Part shown: positions 33,567 through 42,005 of the stretch, piece after piece
Numbering within the stretch: the stretch's first letter is position 1
How the letters are laid out: each line of letters begins with the position of its first letter
IMG/VR virus record: IMGVR_UViG_3300042305_000436
Span: 1 to 44,498 of that record
Direction: 5' to 3' (one strand)
DNA from: a virus
Lineage: Duplodnaviria; Caudoviricetes
DNA length: 44,498 nt
Program-made: the position numbers and the translations under genes
Notes under the pieces: generated by a model
What the model was told of the DNA's origin: nothing
The model's database searches: none
The model's input: only the letters and a program-made list of their open reading frames with translations

Positions 33567-33731
33567 ATGATCGGCAAGGTGAACGTCGGAGTGCTGCTCG
33601 AGGTCGACGAGGTGCTGCGCCTCGACAACGTGGCGGCCGCGACTAGGGACAGCCGGGCGGGCGTGGTCCGCCGGGCGATCCGCGAGCTGCTGGCGCGCGA
33701 GGACCCGCAGGTGCAGGCGGTGGCGTCGTGA
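33567..33731 (+). CDS. Ribbon-helix-helix (CopG/Arc-like) DNA-binding protein, 54 aa; not in the ORF track
   Basis: GGAGG RBS; MIGKVNVGVLLEVDEVLRLDNVAAATRDSRAGVVRRAIRELL has a beta strand, LD..A and SR..VVR.AI pattern. Confidence 0.75.
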   Translation: MIGKVNVGVLLEVDEVLRLDNVAAATRDSRAGVVRRAIRELLAREDPQVQAVAS

Positions 33732-33931
33732 GCGGGGGGCTGATCCTGCTCGTGCTGGCCTGCTGGTCGCCGACCGAGTGCATGGCGGTCAGGACGCCGG
33801 TCGAGACCGTGGCCGAGTGCCGGATCGTCTACCAGCGCCTGCGCGCCTCGCAGCCCGAGTGGCGCTGGGGCTATCCGGAATGCATGCGCGAGGGCAAGCC
33901 GGCGGCCAAGGCCGCGGGGGCGACGCGATGA
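33728..33931 (+). CDS. Small Cys-containing protein with hydrophobic N-terminus
   Basis: GTGA/ATGA coupling on both sides; LILLVLAC followed by three more Cys. Confidence 0.6.
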   Translation: MSGGLILLVLACWSPTECMAVRTPVETVAECRIVYQRLRASQPEWRWGYPECMREGKPAAKAAGATR

Positions 33932-34179
33932 GCAGCCCCTACCTGAGCCTGCCGGTGCGGTCGATGGTCGAGGTGATCCGGGACCGGCACCTTGAGCGCG
34001 AGGCCGCCGGCGACAAGAGCCGCGAGCACCTTGAGCGCGGCATGTTGCTCGACGAAATCGACCGCCTGCGCGTCGAGCTCGTGACCAAGCCGAACGCGAT
34101 CGAGCAGGCGGCGCCGGCGGTCATGCTGGCCGTGTGCGCATGCGTCTGGGGCAGCGTCGCGCTGGTCTGGCTGCGGTGA
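33928..34179 (+). CDS. Hypothetical protein with C-terminal TM helix (83 aa)
   Basis: ATGA coupling; hydrophobic C-terminus. Confidence 0.6.
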   Translation: MSSPYLSLPVRSMVEVIRDRHLEREAAGDKSREHLERGMLLDEIDRLRVELVTKPNAIEQAAPAVMLAVCACVWGSVALVWLR

Positions 34180-34182
34180 GCG

Positions 34183-34213
34183 CATGACCGACCATTGCGC
34201 CCTGGCCGAGCGC
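34183..34213 (+). repeat. 31-bp direct repeat, copy 1
   Basis: catgaccgaccattgcgccctggccgagcgc, identical to 35025-35055. Confidence 0.95.
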
Positions 34214-35029
34214 ATAGACGGCCCCGCAGTCGTGTCGTTCTCCGGCGGCAGGACCAGCGCGTACATGCTGTGGCGCATCTTGCAGGCGCACGGCGGCGAG
34301 CTCCCAGACGACGTGATCGTCCTGTTTGCCAACACCGGCAAGGAAATGCAGCAGACCCTCGACTTCGTCCGCGACTGCGCCGAGCGGTGGGGCGTACCTA
34401 TCACCTGGGTCGAGTACGCGGACCACGACGAGGTAGCGCAGCGGTGGCGCATCGTGACCTACGAGACGGCCAGCAGAAACGGCGAGCCGTTCTCGGCGCT
34501 GATCCGGCGCAAGAAGATGCTGCCGAACGTCGTCGCCCGTTTCTGCACTGCCGATCTGAAGATCAGAGCCATGCACCGGATGCTGAAAGCGACGCGCGGG
34601 TGGACGGAATGGACAGAAGCCGTGGGGCTGCGCGCCGACGAGATGCATAGGGTCGCCAGCATTAGGGCGTCCAACGAAGGAAAGCGGGATGTGGTATGCC
34701 CGCTCGCGACGGCTGGCGTCACGAAGCGCGATGTTGCGGCGTTTTGGCAGCGGCAGAACTTCGATCTGAACTTGCAGGCCGTCAACGGACGCACGCCGCA
34801 CGGAAACTGTGACCTGTGTTTCCTCAAGCCGATCGCCACGGTGCGCGCGATCATGCGCGATATCCCAGGTTCCGCAGACTGGTGGGTCGAGCAGGAGCGT
34901 CTGGTAAACGCGCGGTGGCGCGCGAACTGGCCGCCATACGCGCAGATCGCCGCCAACGTCGAGGCCAGCGCGGACCTGTTTGCCGAGGACGGCCGCGTCA
35001 CCGAGTGCTTCTGCAATGGTGACACATGA
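34184..35029 (+). CDS. PAPS-reductase-family (PP-loop) protein
   Basis: VVSFSGGRTS PP-loop, FANTGKE, RFCT..LK, G.RADE and GNC..CFLK motifs. Confidence 0.85.
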   Translation: MTDHCALAERIDGPAVVSFSGGRTSAYMLWRILQAHGGELPDDVIVLFANTGKEMQQTLDFVRDCAERWGVPITWVEYADHDEVAQRWRIVTYETASRNGEPFSALIRRKKMLPNVVARFCTADLKIRAMHRMLKATRGWTEWTEAVGLRADEMHRVASIRASNEGKRDVVCPLATAGVTKRDVAAFWQRQNFDLNLQAVNGRTPHGNCDLCFLKPIATVRAIMRDIPGSADWWVEQERLVNARWRANWPPYAQIAANVEASADLFAEDGRVTECFCNGDT

Positions 35030-35055
35030 CCGACCATTGCGCCCTGGCCGAGCGC
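35025..35055 (+). repeat. 31-bp direct repeat, copy 2 (opens the 16-codon ORF 35026-35076)
   Basis: Identical to 34183-34213. Confidence 0.95.
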
Positions 35056-35072
35056 CTCGCTGCGGTGAGCTC

Positions 35073-35450
35073 GTGAGCATCACCAGCGAGGTCACCTGGT
35101 CGCGCGCCGACATCCCCTGGCGCGAGGATCATCTCCAGATGGCGGTCGCGACCTACTTGCGCCGCGCGAACGTCACGTTCGCGGCCGACCAGAACGAGGG
35201 CCGGCGGTCGTTGCGCGACGGCGCGCGCCGGAAGGCGATGGGCATGGCGGCCGGCGAGCCCGACTTGCGGATCTACCTGCCTGGCGGGCGGACGCTGTTC
35301 GTCGAGCTCAAGCGCAAGATCGGCAGGCTGTCCGACGCGCAAGAGTGGCGCCACGAGGAGCTGCGCCGGCTCGGCTTCCAGGTCGAGACGGTCTATGCCG
35401 CGACGCCGCGCGAGGCCGGCATCAAGGTGCTGGAGCTGATCAGCCGCTAG
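35073..35450 (+). CDS. VRR-NUC domain nuclease
   Basis: E..LQ, G..AG.PDL, FVELK...GRLS..Q and L..LG motifs; GTG start at 35073. Confidence 0.85.
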   Translation: MSITSEVTWSRADIPWREDHLQMAVATYLRRANVTFAADQNEGRRSLRDGARRKAMGMAAGEPDLRIYLPGGRTLFVELKRKIGRLSDAQEWRHEELRRLGFQVETVYAATPREAGIKVLELISR

Positions 35451-35455
35451 CCTGG

Positions 35456-35489
35456 TTCCCGCGCTGCCGGGGCGTTGCTATTTTGTCAC
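35456..35489 (+). promoter_or_regulatory. Putative packaging/late promoter overlapped by an operator-like site
   Basis: TTCCCG-N17-TATTTT with an extended TG; GTGACAAAATAGCA on the minus strand at 35476-35489 covers the -10. Confidence 0.45.
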
Positions 35490-35512
35490 TCTTGCAACCA
35501 GCGAGGTGACCA

Positions 35513-35560
35513 ATGGGCAAGAAGGGCGGCAAGAAGGGCGGCGGCCGGCGGGGCTACTGA
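35513..35560 (+). CDS. 15-aa basic peptide MGKKGGKKGGGRRGY
   Basis: GAGGT RBS; TGATG coupling to the next gene. Confidence 0.5.
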   Translation: MGKKGGKKGGGRRGY

Positions 35561-35823
35561 TGCCTGCGCGCAAGGCCGGGCGTCCGCCCGGCACCGGCAC
35601 GGCGAAGGTGTCGTCGCTCAAGGCGGCGATCATGACCGCGTTCTCGCGCGCGGGCGGCGCGACGTACCTCGAGCGCCTCGCGCGCAACGATCCCAAGACG
35701 TTCGTGCCGCTGCTGGCGAAGCTCGTGCCCCTCGAGGTCAAGGCCGAGATCGAGCACCAGGGCGGCATCCAGGTGCAGGTCGTGACCGGCATCACCCGCG
35801 CGCCAGGCGAGCCCGAGGCATGA
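35560..35823 (+). CDS. Putative terminase small subunit
   Basis: GRP.G...LK.AI..AF...GG..YL..LA..DP..F..LL.K..P; directly upstream of TerL. Confidence 0.7.
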   Translation: MPARKAGRPPGTGTAKVSSLKAAIMTAFSRAGGATYLERLARNDPKTFVPLLAKLVPLEVKAEIEHQGGIQVQVVTGITRAPGEPEA

Positions 35824-37121
35824 CGGCGCGGCTGGTCGACACCGGCTACCGGCCGCACGTGCATCAGGTCGAGATCCATGCGCGGCTCAAGCGCTTCTCG
35901 GTGCTGGTCTGCCATCGCCGGTTCGGCAAGACCGTGCTCGCCATCAACGCGCTGGTCGACGCCGCGCTGCGATGCTCGAGGACGGCGGGCCGGTTCGGCT
36001 ACGTCGCGCCATACCTCAAGCAGGCCAAGGCGATCGCGTGGCTCTACCTGTGCCAGTACGCACTGGCCGTTCCCGGCGCGCGCAAGTCGGATGGCGAGCT
36101 CTGGATCGAGATGCCCAACGGCGCGCGCGTCACGCTCTACGGCGCGGACAACGCCGAGGGGCTGCGCGGCCTGTACCTCGACGGCGTCGTCCTCGACGAG
36201 GTCGCGGACATGCGACCCAACGTCTGGGGCGAGATCGTGCGTCCGGCGCTGGCCGATCGAAAGGGCTGGTGCCTGTTCATCGGGACACCCAAGGGGCTCA
36301 ACCTGTTCCACGAGCTCTACCAGCAGGCGCTGACCGATCCGTCGTGGTACGCCGGGCTCTACCGCGCGGACGAGACGCGCCTGCCCTGGCTTGACGATGA
36401 GGAGCTCGCGCTCGCGCGCGCCTCTCAGTCCGAGGCCCAGTATCGGCAGGAGTGGCTCTGCGATTTCAGCGCCGCGACCGACAACACGCTGATCACGATC
36501 GACATGGCCTCTGACGCCTCGAAGCGCATGGTGCATCCGGCCGAAGTCGCCGGCGCGCCGCTGGTGATGGGCGTCGACGTTGCGCGCTATGGCGACGACC
36601 GCAGCGTCATCGTCACGCGCCAGGGGCTGATCGCGCACGAGCCCGAGGTCTTCCGCGGCGTCGACAACATGACGCTCGCCGCGCACGTGGCCGACCGCAT
36701 CCAGCGCCATCGCCCCGACGCGGTGTTCGTCGACGCCGGCCGCGGCGAGGGCGTCATCGACCGCCTTCGGCAGCTGGGCCACGCGGTGGTCGAGGTCAAT
36801 TTTGGCGGCTCGCCGACGAGCGGGCGCTACGCGAACAAGCGGGCCGAGATGTGGGACAGCATGGCCGAGTGGCTGCGCGCCGGCGCGATGCTGCCGGCGA
36901 ACACCGAGCTGAAGACCGACCTCTGCGTCCCGACGTTCAAGATGAACCGCGCCGACAAGTTCGAGCTCGAGAGCAAGGACGACATCAAGAAGCGCGGGCA
37001 GAAGTCGCCGGACCTGGCCGACGCGCTCGCGCTCACGTTCGCGATGCCGGTGGCGCCTCGCACGGCGTTCGGCCAGCGCCAGTCGATGTCGATGGTGTCG
37101 GAATATGACCCGTTCGCCTGA
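35820..37121 (+). CDS. terL: Terminase large subunit
   Basis: HRRFGKT Walker A, VVLDE Walker B, GTPKG, GVDVAR.GDD nuclease motif and SPD.ADALALTF. Confidence 0.95.
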   Translation: MTARLVDTGYRPHVHQVEIHARLKRFSVLVCHRRFGKTVLAINALVDAALRCSRTAGRFGYVAPYLKQAKAIAWLYLCQYALAVPGARKSDGELWIEMPNGARVTLYGADNAEGLRGLYLDGVVLDEVADMRPNVWGEIVRPALADRKGWCLFIGTPKGLNLFHELYQQALTDPSWYAGLYRADETRLPWLDDEELALARASQSEAQYRQEWLCDFSAATDNTLITIDMASDASKRMVHPAEVAGAPLVMGVDVARYGDDRSVIVTRQGLIAHEPEVFRGVDNMTLAAHVADRIQRHRPDAVFVDAGRGEGVIDRLRQLGHAVVEVNFGGSPTSGRYANKRAEMWDSMAEWLRAGAMLPANTELKTDLCVPTFKMNRADKFELESKDDIKKRGQKSPDLADALALTFAMPVAPRTAFGQRQSMSMVSEYDPFA

Positions 37122-37290
37122 TCACGAGTGGACCGCGCCGCCGCCCGGCGCAGCGCCGCTGCAGGTCTGCGCGCGATGCGGCGCGCCTCGACGGCCGCCA
37201 ATGTCGTCCGAGCCCTGCGACTACACCCGCAGCATCGCCCCTGCGCCCGCTCGCGCGACCGACTACGACCCGCACAACCTGGAGCGCTGA
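37105..37290 (+). CDS. Small hypothetical protein with CxxC
   Basis: Fills the gap between terL and the next gene; ends in DYDP, like terL's EYDP. Confidence 0.4.
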   Translation: MTRSPDHEWTAPPPGAAPLQVCARCGAPRRPPMSSEPCDYTRSIAPAPARATDYDPHNLER

Positions 37291-37293
37291 CCC

Positions 37294-37515
37294 ATGTGCA
37301 TGTCTTCCCCGAAGGTGCCGGCGCCGCCGGCACCGCCGCCGCCGCCGCCCGAGCTGCCGAAGGAGCTCGACCAGGCGGCGAGGTCCGCGCGCGGCAACGA
37401 GCGCCAGCGCGCGTCGCTGGCCGCCGGCCGGAACAGCACGATCCTGACGAGCCCGATGGGCCTGTCGGACCAGGCCTCGACCGCCGCCGGCGGCAAGACC
37501 CTGCTGGGGCAGTGA
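37294..37515 (+). CDS. Small Pro-rich virion-associated protein
   Basis: MC start, poly-Pro, G..STILT and KTLLG end; typical gene just before the portal in this phage type. Confidence 0.75.
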   Translation: MCMSSPKVPAPPAPPPPPPELPKELDQAARSARGNERQRASLAAGRNSTILTSPMGLSDQASTAAGGKTLLGQ

Positions 37516-37516
37516 C

Positions 37517-39238
37517 ATGGACGGGTTGACGAAGCGCGAGCATTTCGAGCGGAGGAAGTCCGCGCTCGTCAACGAGCGCGCGTCCTTCATCACGCACTAT
37601 CGCGAGCTTTCGGACTGGATCAGCCCGCGGCGCGGGCGCTACTTCGTCCAGGACCGCAACAAGGGCGACAAGCGCAACGCCAAGATCATCAACTCCGCGG
37701 CGTCGATGGCGCTGCGGACGCTGGCGTCCGGGATGATGGCGGGGATCACCTCGCCGGCGCGCCCGTGGTTCCGGCTCGCGACGCCCGATCGAGACATGAT
37801 GGAGTTCGGCCCGGTCAAGCTGTGGCTCGCCGCGGTCGAGCAGCGCATGCGCGAGGTGTTCGCCGGCTCCAACCTCTACAACCAGCTGTCGGTCCTCTAC
37901 CGCGAGCTCGGGCTGTTCGGAACCGGCTGCATGACGGTGCTCGAGGATTTCGACGACGTCATCCGCATCTACAACCACACGGCCGGCGGCTACATGATCG
38001 GCCAGTCGCACCGCCTCGAGGTCGACACGCTCTACCGCGAGTTCGACATGACGGTCGGCCAGCTGGTGTCGCAGTTCGTCTACGGCGGCAACCGCGCCTT
38101 GAAGCCCAACTGGTCGGTCGTGTCGCCGGCGGTCAAGAACCTCTGGGACCGCGGCACGGTCGACGCCTGGGTGACGGTCGTGCATGCGATCGAGCCCAAC
38201 GACGGCCGCGACCTGCGCATGCGCGACGCGCGCAACAAGCCGTTCCGGTCGGTCTATTACGAGGTCGGCGCGACCGGCGACACGATGCTGCGCGAAAGCG
38301 GCTTCGACGAGTTCCCCGCGATGGCCCCGCGCTGGGACGTCACGGGCGAGGACATCTACGGCACCGACTGCCCTGGCATGACGGCGCTGGGCGACGTCAA
38401 GGCGCTGCAGATCGAGGAGAAGCGCAAGGCCCAGGCGATCGACAAGATGTCGAACCCGCCGCTGTCCGGGCCGGCCAGCCTCCGCAACGTGCCGGTCTCG
38501 AGCCTGCCTGGCGGGCTGACGATCTACGACCAAGGCGAGAAGCAGGCGCTGGCGCCGGTCTACCAGGTCGACCCGCGCATCAACGAGCTCATGCTCGACA
38601 TCCAGCGCACTGAGCAGCGCATTGAGCGCGCCTTCTACGCGGACCTGTTCTTGATGCTGTCGATGTCCGATCGCCGGCAGATCACGGCGCGCGAGGTCGA
38701 AGAGCGCCACGAGGAGAAGTTGTTGATGCTTGGGCCTGTCCTCGAGCGCCTGCACAACGAGCTGCTCGACCCGCTGATCGACCGCGTGTTCGCGGTGATG
38801 CTGCGCGCGTCGACCGACGGCAACGGCAGGTGGCTCGATCGCGCGGTGATCCCCGAGCCGCCGCAGGAGCTGCGCGGCATGGATCTAAAGGTCGAATACA
38901 TCTCGATCCTGGCGCAGGCGCAGAAGGCGGTCGGCACGGTCGGCATCGAGCGCATCGCCGGCTTTGTCGGCGGGCTCGCGGCGATCAACCCCGAGGTTGT
39001 CGACAAGCTCGACCTCGACCAGATGGTCGACGACTACGGCGAGCTGACGGGCGTCAGTCCCAAGCTCGTCCGGCCGGACGACGACGTCGCGCAACGCCGC
39101 TCGCAGCGCGCGAAGCAGGTGGCCGCGCAGCAGGCGATCGCGCAGGCGCAGCCGATGGCCGACACGGTCAAGACGCTGAGCGACGCGAAGCTCGACCAGA
39201 ACGGCCAGGACATGCTCTCGAAGCTGACCGGCCTGTGA
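37517..39238 (+). CDS. Portal (head-tail connector)
   Basis: LASG...GITSPARPWF, FGT, RW....E.YG, TA.EV.ER..EKL..LGPVLERL..E.L.PLI.R. Confidence 0.95.
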   Translation: MDGLTKREHFERRKSALVNERASFITHYRELSDWISPRRGRYFVQDRNKGDKRNAKIINSAASMALRTLASGMMAGITSPARPWFRLATPDRDMMEFGPVKLWLAAVEQRMREVFAGSNLYNQLSVLYRELGLFGTGCMTVLEDFDDVIRIYNHTAGGYMIGQSHRLEVDTLYREFDMTVGQLVSQFVYGGNRALKPNWSVVSPAVKNLWDRGTVDAWVTVVHAIEPNDGRDLRMRDARNKPFRSVYYEVGATGDTMLRESGFDEFPAMAPRWDVTGEDIYGTDCPGMTALGDVKALQIEEKRKAQAIDKMSNPPLSGPASLRNVPVSSLPGGLTIYDQGEKQALAPVYQVDPRINELMLDIQRTEQRIERAFYADLFLMLSMSDRRQITAREVEERHEEKLLMLGPVLERLHNELLDPLIDRVFAVMLRASTDGNGRWLDRAVIPEPPQELRGMDLKVEYISILAQAQKAVGTVGIERIAGFVGGLAAINPEVVDKLDLDQMVDDYGELTGVSPKLVRPDDDVAQRRSQRAKQVAAQQAIAQAQPMADTVKTLSDAKLDQNGQDMLSKLTGL

Positions 39239-39248
39239 CCAGGTTGCC

Positions 39249-39614
39249 GTGACAAAAATGCAACGCCACAATGAGCGCGAGATGGTCGAACGAGCAGCAG
39301 AGGAAAAGCCTTACGACGCAGGCGACCTCGAGGCCGTCACGACGGCGCGCAGGCGGGCCAAGGTGGCCCGCGACGGGGAGCTCGGCGAGCTCCGCGCGCT
39401 GCTGGCGACGGAAGGCGGGCGCAGCGTCGTGTGGCGCATCCTCGGTCGGTGCGGGATCTACGCGCCGAGCTTCGCGGGCGACGAGCAGACGGAGTACCGC
39501 GAGGGCAGGCGGTCGATCGGATTGTGGCTGCTGGCAGAGATCCAGGCGGCCGACCGGCGCGCCTACCTCACGATGATGGACGAGGCGTTGACAAAGGAGC
39601 AAGCGAGTGGCTGA
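39249..39614 (+). CDS. Bbp19-like protein
   Basis: GR..VWRIL..CGIY..SF......Y.EGRRSIGLWLL; lies between portal and scaffold. Start position uncertain. Confidence 0.75.
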   Translation: MTKMQRHNEREMVERAAEEKPYDAGDLEAVTTARRRAKVARDGELGELRALLATEGGRSVVWRILGRCGIYAPSFAGDEQTEYREGRRSIGLWLLAEIQAADRRAYLTMMDEALTKEQASG

Positions 39615-40266
39615 CACGGTGACAAACCAGCAAGCCGACGCCGCGACCAACACCGAGATCCCGGCCGGCAAGGCCGTGGATGCCGCCCAGGCCGCGCCCG
39701 CGGCCGACGCGGCGAAGCCTGCGGACGATCAGTCGCAGGCGAAGGACACCGTGCTGACGGCCAAGGACGGCGAAGCCGACAAGGCCAAGGACGCGGTGCC
39801 GGACGCCTACGCGGAGTGGAAGCTCCCCGAGGGCGTCGTGCTCGACAAGGAACTGGCCGACAAGGCGACCCCGATCTTCAAGGAGCTCGGGCTCTCGCAG
39901 GACAAGGCGCAGCGACTGGTCGACCTCTTCGCCGACGCGCGCCGGCAAGCCGCCGAGCAGCAGACAGCGCTCTGGACCGAGACGCAGAACCAGTGGGTGA
40001 GCGAAGCGAAAGCCGACAAGGAGTTCGGTGGCGAGGCGTTCGAGAAGAACGTCGCCATCGCCCGCAAGGCGATCGACAGGTTCGGCTCGCCCGCGCTCCA
40101 GGCCGCTCTGGCCGCGACGGGTGCCGGGAACCATCCCGAGTTCATCCGCTTCGCGATGCGGATCGGCCAGGCGATTTCCGAGGACGGGACGATGGTCAGC
40201 GGCGGCAGCGCCGCGGGCAAGCGCTCGGCCGCGGAGATCCTCTTCGGCGCGACGATGACAAAATAA
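39607..40266 (+). CDS. Capsid scaffolding protein
   Basis: Ala/Asp-rich N-terminus, PEG, KELGLSQ..AQ.L, G.GNHP..IR....IG..ISED; directly upstream of the capsid gene. Confidence 0.8.
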   Translation: MADTVTNQQADAATNTEIPAGKAVDAAQAAPAADAAKPADDQSQAKDTVLTAKDGEADKAKDAVPDAYAEWKLPEGVVLDKELADKATPIFKELGLSQDKAQRLVDLFADARRQAAEQQTALWTETQNQWVSEAKADKEFGGEAFEKNVAIARKAIDRFGSPALQAALAATGAGNHPEFIRFAMRIGQAISEDGTMVSGGSAAGKRSAAEILFGATMTK

Positions 40267-40294
40267 CAATTCTGCAATCTGAAAGGAGCCTGAG

Positions 40295-41293
40295 ATGGCG
40301 ACGCTCTCTGTCACCAACCCGACGCTGCTGGACCTCGCCAAGGCGAGCGATCCCGACGGCAAGATCTCGGCGGTCGTCGAGATCCTCAACGAGACGAACG
40401 AGATCCTGACCGACATGTCCTGGCTGGAGGGCAACCTCCCGACGGGCCACAAGACCACGATCCGCACCGGCCTGCCGGCCCCGACCTGGCGCAAGCTCTA
40501 CGGCGGCGTCGCCCCGAACAAGGGCACGACCGCGCAGGTCACCGACACGACCGGCATGCTCGAGGCCTACGCCGAGATCGACAAGGCGCTGGCCGACCTC
40601 AACGGCAACACCTCCGCGTTCCGCCTCCTCGAGGATCGCGCCCATATCGAGGGCATGAACCAGGAGATCGCGGACACGCTGTTCTACGGCAACGAGGGCA
40701 CCGAGCCCGAGGCCTTCACGGGCTTCGCGCCGCGGTTCAACTCGACGAGCGCGTCGAACGGCGAGAACGTCATCACGGGCGGCGGCGCCGGCACCGACAA
40801 CGCCAGCATCTGGCTGATCTGCTGGGGTCCGAACACCTGCCACGGCATCGTGCCCAAGGGCTCGAAGGCCGGCCTGCAGGTGACCGACAAGGGTCTCGTG
40901 ACGATCGAGAACGCCGACGGCTCGGGCGGTCGCATGGAGGCCTACCGCACCCACTACCGCTGGGACGCCGGGCTCACGGTGCGCGACTGGCGCTACGTCG
41001 TGCGCGTCTGCAACATCGACAAGAGCAACCTGACGAAGGACGCGACGTCCGGCGCCGACCTGCCCGACCTCATGTACCAGGCGATGACCCGCCTGCCGTC
41101 CATGTCGATGGGCCGCTGCGCCTTCTACCTTTCGCGCAACACGCTCTCGTTCCTGCGCCGCCAGCTCTCCTACAAGACGAAGGACAGCTCGCTGACGATG
41201 GAGAACGTGGGCGGCGTGTGGGTGGAGCGCTTCCAGGGCATCCCGCTGCGCCGCGTCGACGCGCTCGCCGCCGACGAAGCGCTCGTGTCCTGA
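40295..41293 (+). CDS. Major capsid protein (BPP-1 Bbp17 / epsilon15 gp7-like)
   Basis: PTL.D, RTGLP..TWRKLY.GV, FYG....PE.F.G..PR, GL.VRDWRYVVR..NID and F.GIP.RR.DA motifs; AAGGAG RBS. Confidence 0.92.
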   Translation: MATLSVTNPTLLDLAKASDPDGKISAVVEILNETNEILTDMSWLEGNLPTGHKTTIRTGLPAPTWRKLYGGVAPNKGTTAQVTDTTGMLEAYAEIDKALADLNGNTSAFRLLEDRAHIEGMNQEIADTLFYGNEGTEPEAFTGFAPRFNSTSASNGENVITGGGAGTDNASIWLICWGPNTCHGIVPKGSKAGLQVTDKGLVTIENADGSGGRMEAYRTHYRWDAGLTVRDWRYVVRVCNIDKSNLTKDATSGADLPDLMYQAMTRLPSMSMGRCAFYLSRNTLSFLRRQLSYKTKDSSLTMENVGGVWVERFQGIPLRRVDALAADEALVS

Positions 41294-41327
41294 TCGAACC
41301 CGCAATCCTGAGAAAGGAACCCAGACC

Positions 41328-41771
41328 ATGATCCTCGACGAGCGCACCGAGTTCGCCGACGCCACGGCTCTCGGCACCGCCGGCACCGGCCGCCAGCTGG
41401 TCGGCGATGTCATCGACACCGGCAACGACGGCATCAACTTCATCGACAACCTCTGGCTCGAGGTCCAGATCGACACGGCGGTCCTTTCCGCCGGCGCCGC
41501 GACGGTCTCGTTCGAGCTCGTCTCGGACGCCGGAGCGTCGATCGCCACCGACGGCAGCGCGTCGCTGCACTTCAAGTCGGCGGACATCGGCAAGGCGACG
41601 CTGGTGGCCGGCTACGAGGCCGTCTGCGTCCAGCTGCCAAAGGGCGTCTACGAGCGCTACGTGGGCATCATCGCCAACGTCGGCACGGCGGCCCTCACGG
41701 CCGGGAAGATCAACGCCTTCCTGACGCCGAACCCGTCGGCGATCAAGGCGTTCCCGGACGCCGTGAACTGA
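41328..41771 (+). CDS. Capsid cement protein (Bbp16-like)
   Basis: MILD....F start, DVID, RY.G and TAGKINAFL; immediately after the capsid gene. Confidence 0.8.
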   Translation: MILDERTEFADATALGTAGTGRQLVGDVIDTGNDGINFIDNLWLEVQIDTAVLSAGAATVSFELVSDAGASIATDGSASLHFKSADIGKATLVAGYEAVCVQLPKGVYERYVGIIANVGTAALTAGKINAFLTPNPSAIKAFPDAVN

Positions 41772-41782
41772 GCGGCTGACCG

Positions 41783-41956
41783 ATGAAGGTGAAGCTGCGC
41801 CAGGTCTGGTTCTCGCCCGAGGGCGGCCGCTTGCGGCCGAACCGGGTCCACGAGATCCCGGACGACTGGCGAAACAAGCTGCCGCGCACGGCCGAGGTGG
41901 TGGAGCCCCCGCGGGCTCCACTGCCCCAGCCGGCGCAGGCCGCGAAGAAGCAGTGA
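41783..41956 (+). CDS. Small hypothetical protein (57 aa); not in the ORF track
   Basis: MKVKLRQVWFSPEGGRLRPNRVHEIPDDWRNKLPRTAEVVE...; high-GC3 codons; ends just before a terminator. Confidence 0.65.
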   Translation: MKVKLRQVWFSPEGGRLRPNRVHEIPDDWRNKLPRTAEVVEPPRAPLPQPAQAAKKQ

Positions 41957-41961
41957 GACTG

Positions 41962-41989
41962 GGCGGCGGCTTCGGCCGCCGCCTCTTTC
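41962..41989 (+). terminator. Intrinsic terminator after the capsid module
   Basis: ggcggcggc-TTCG-gccgccgcc-tcttt: 9-bp stem with a C(UUCG)G loop and a weak U-tract. Confidence 0.75.
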
Positions 41990-42005
41990 GCGAACGAGGT
42001 GACCG

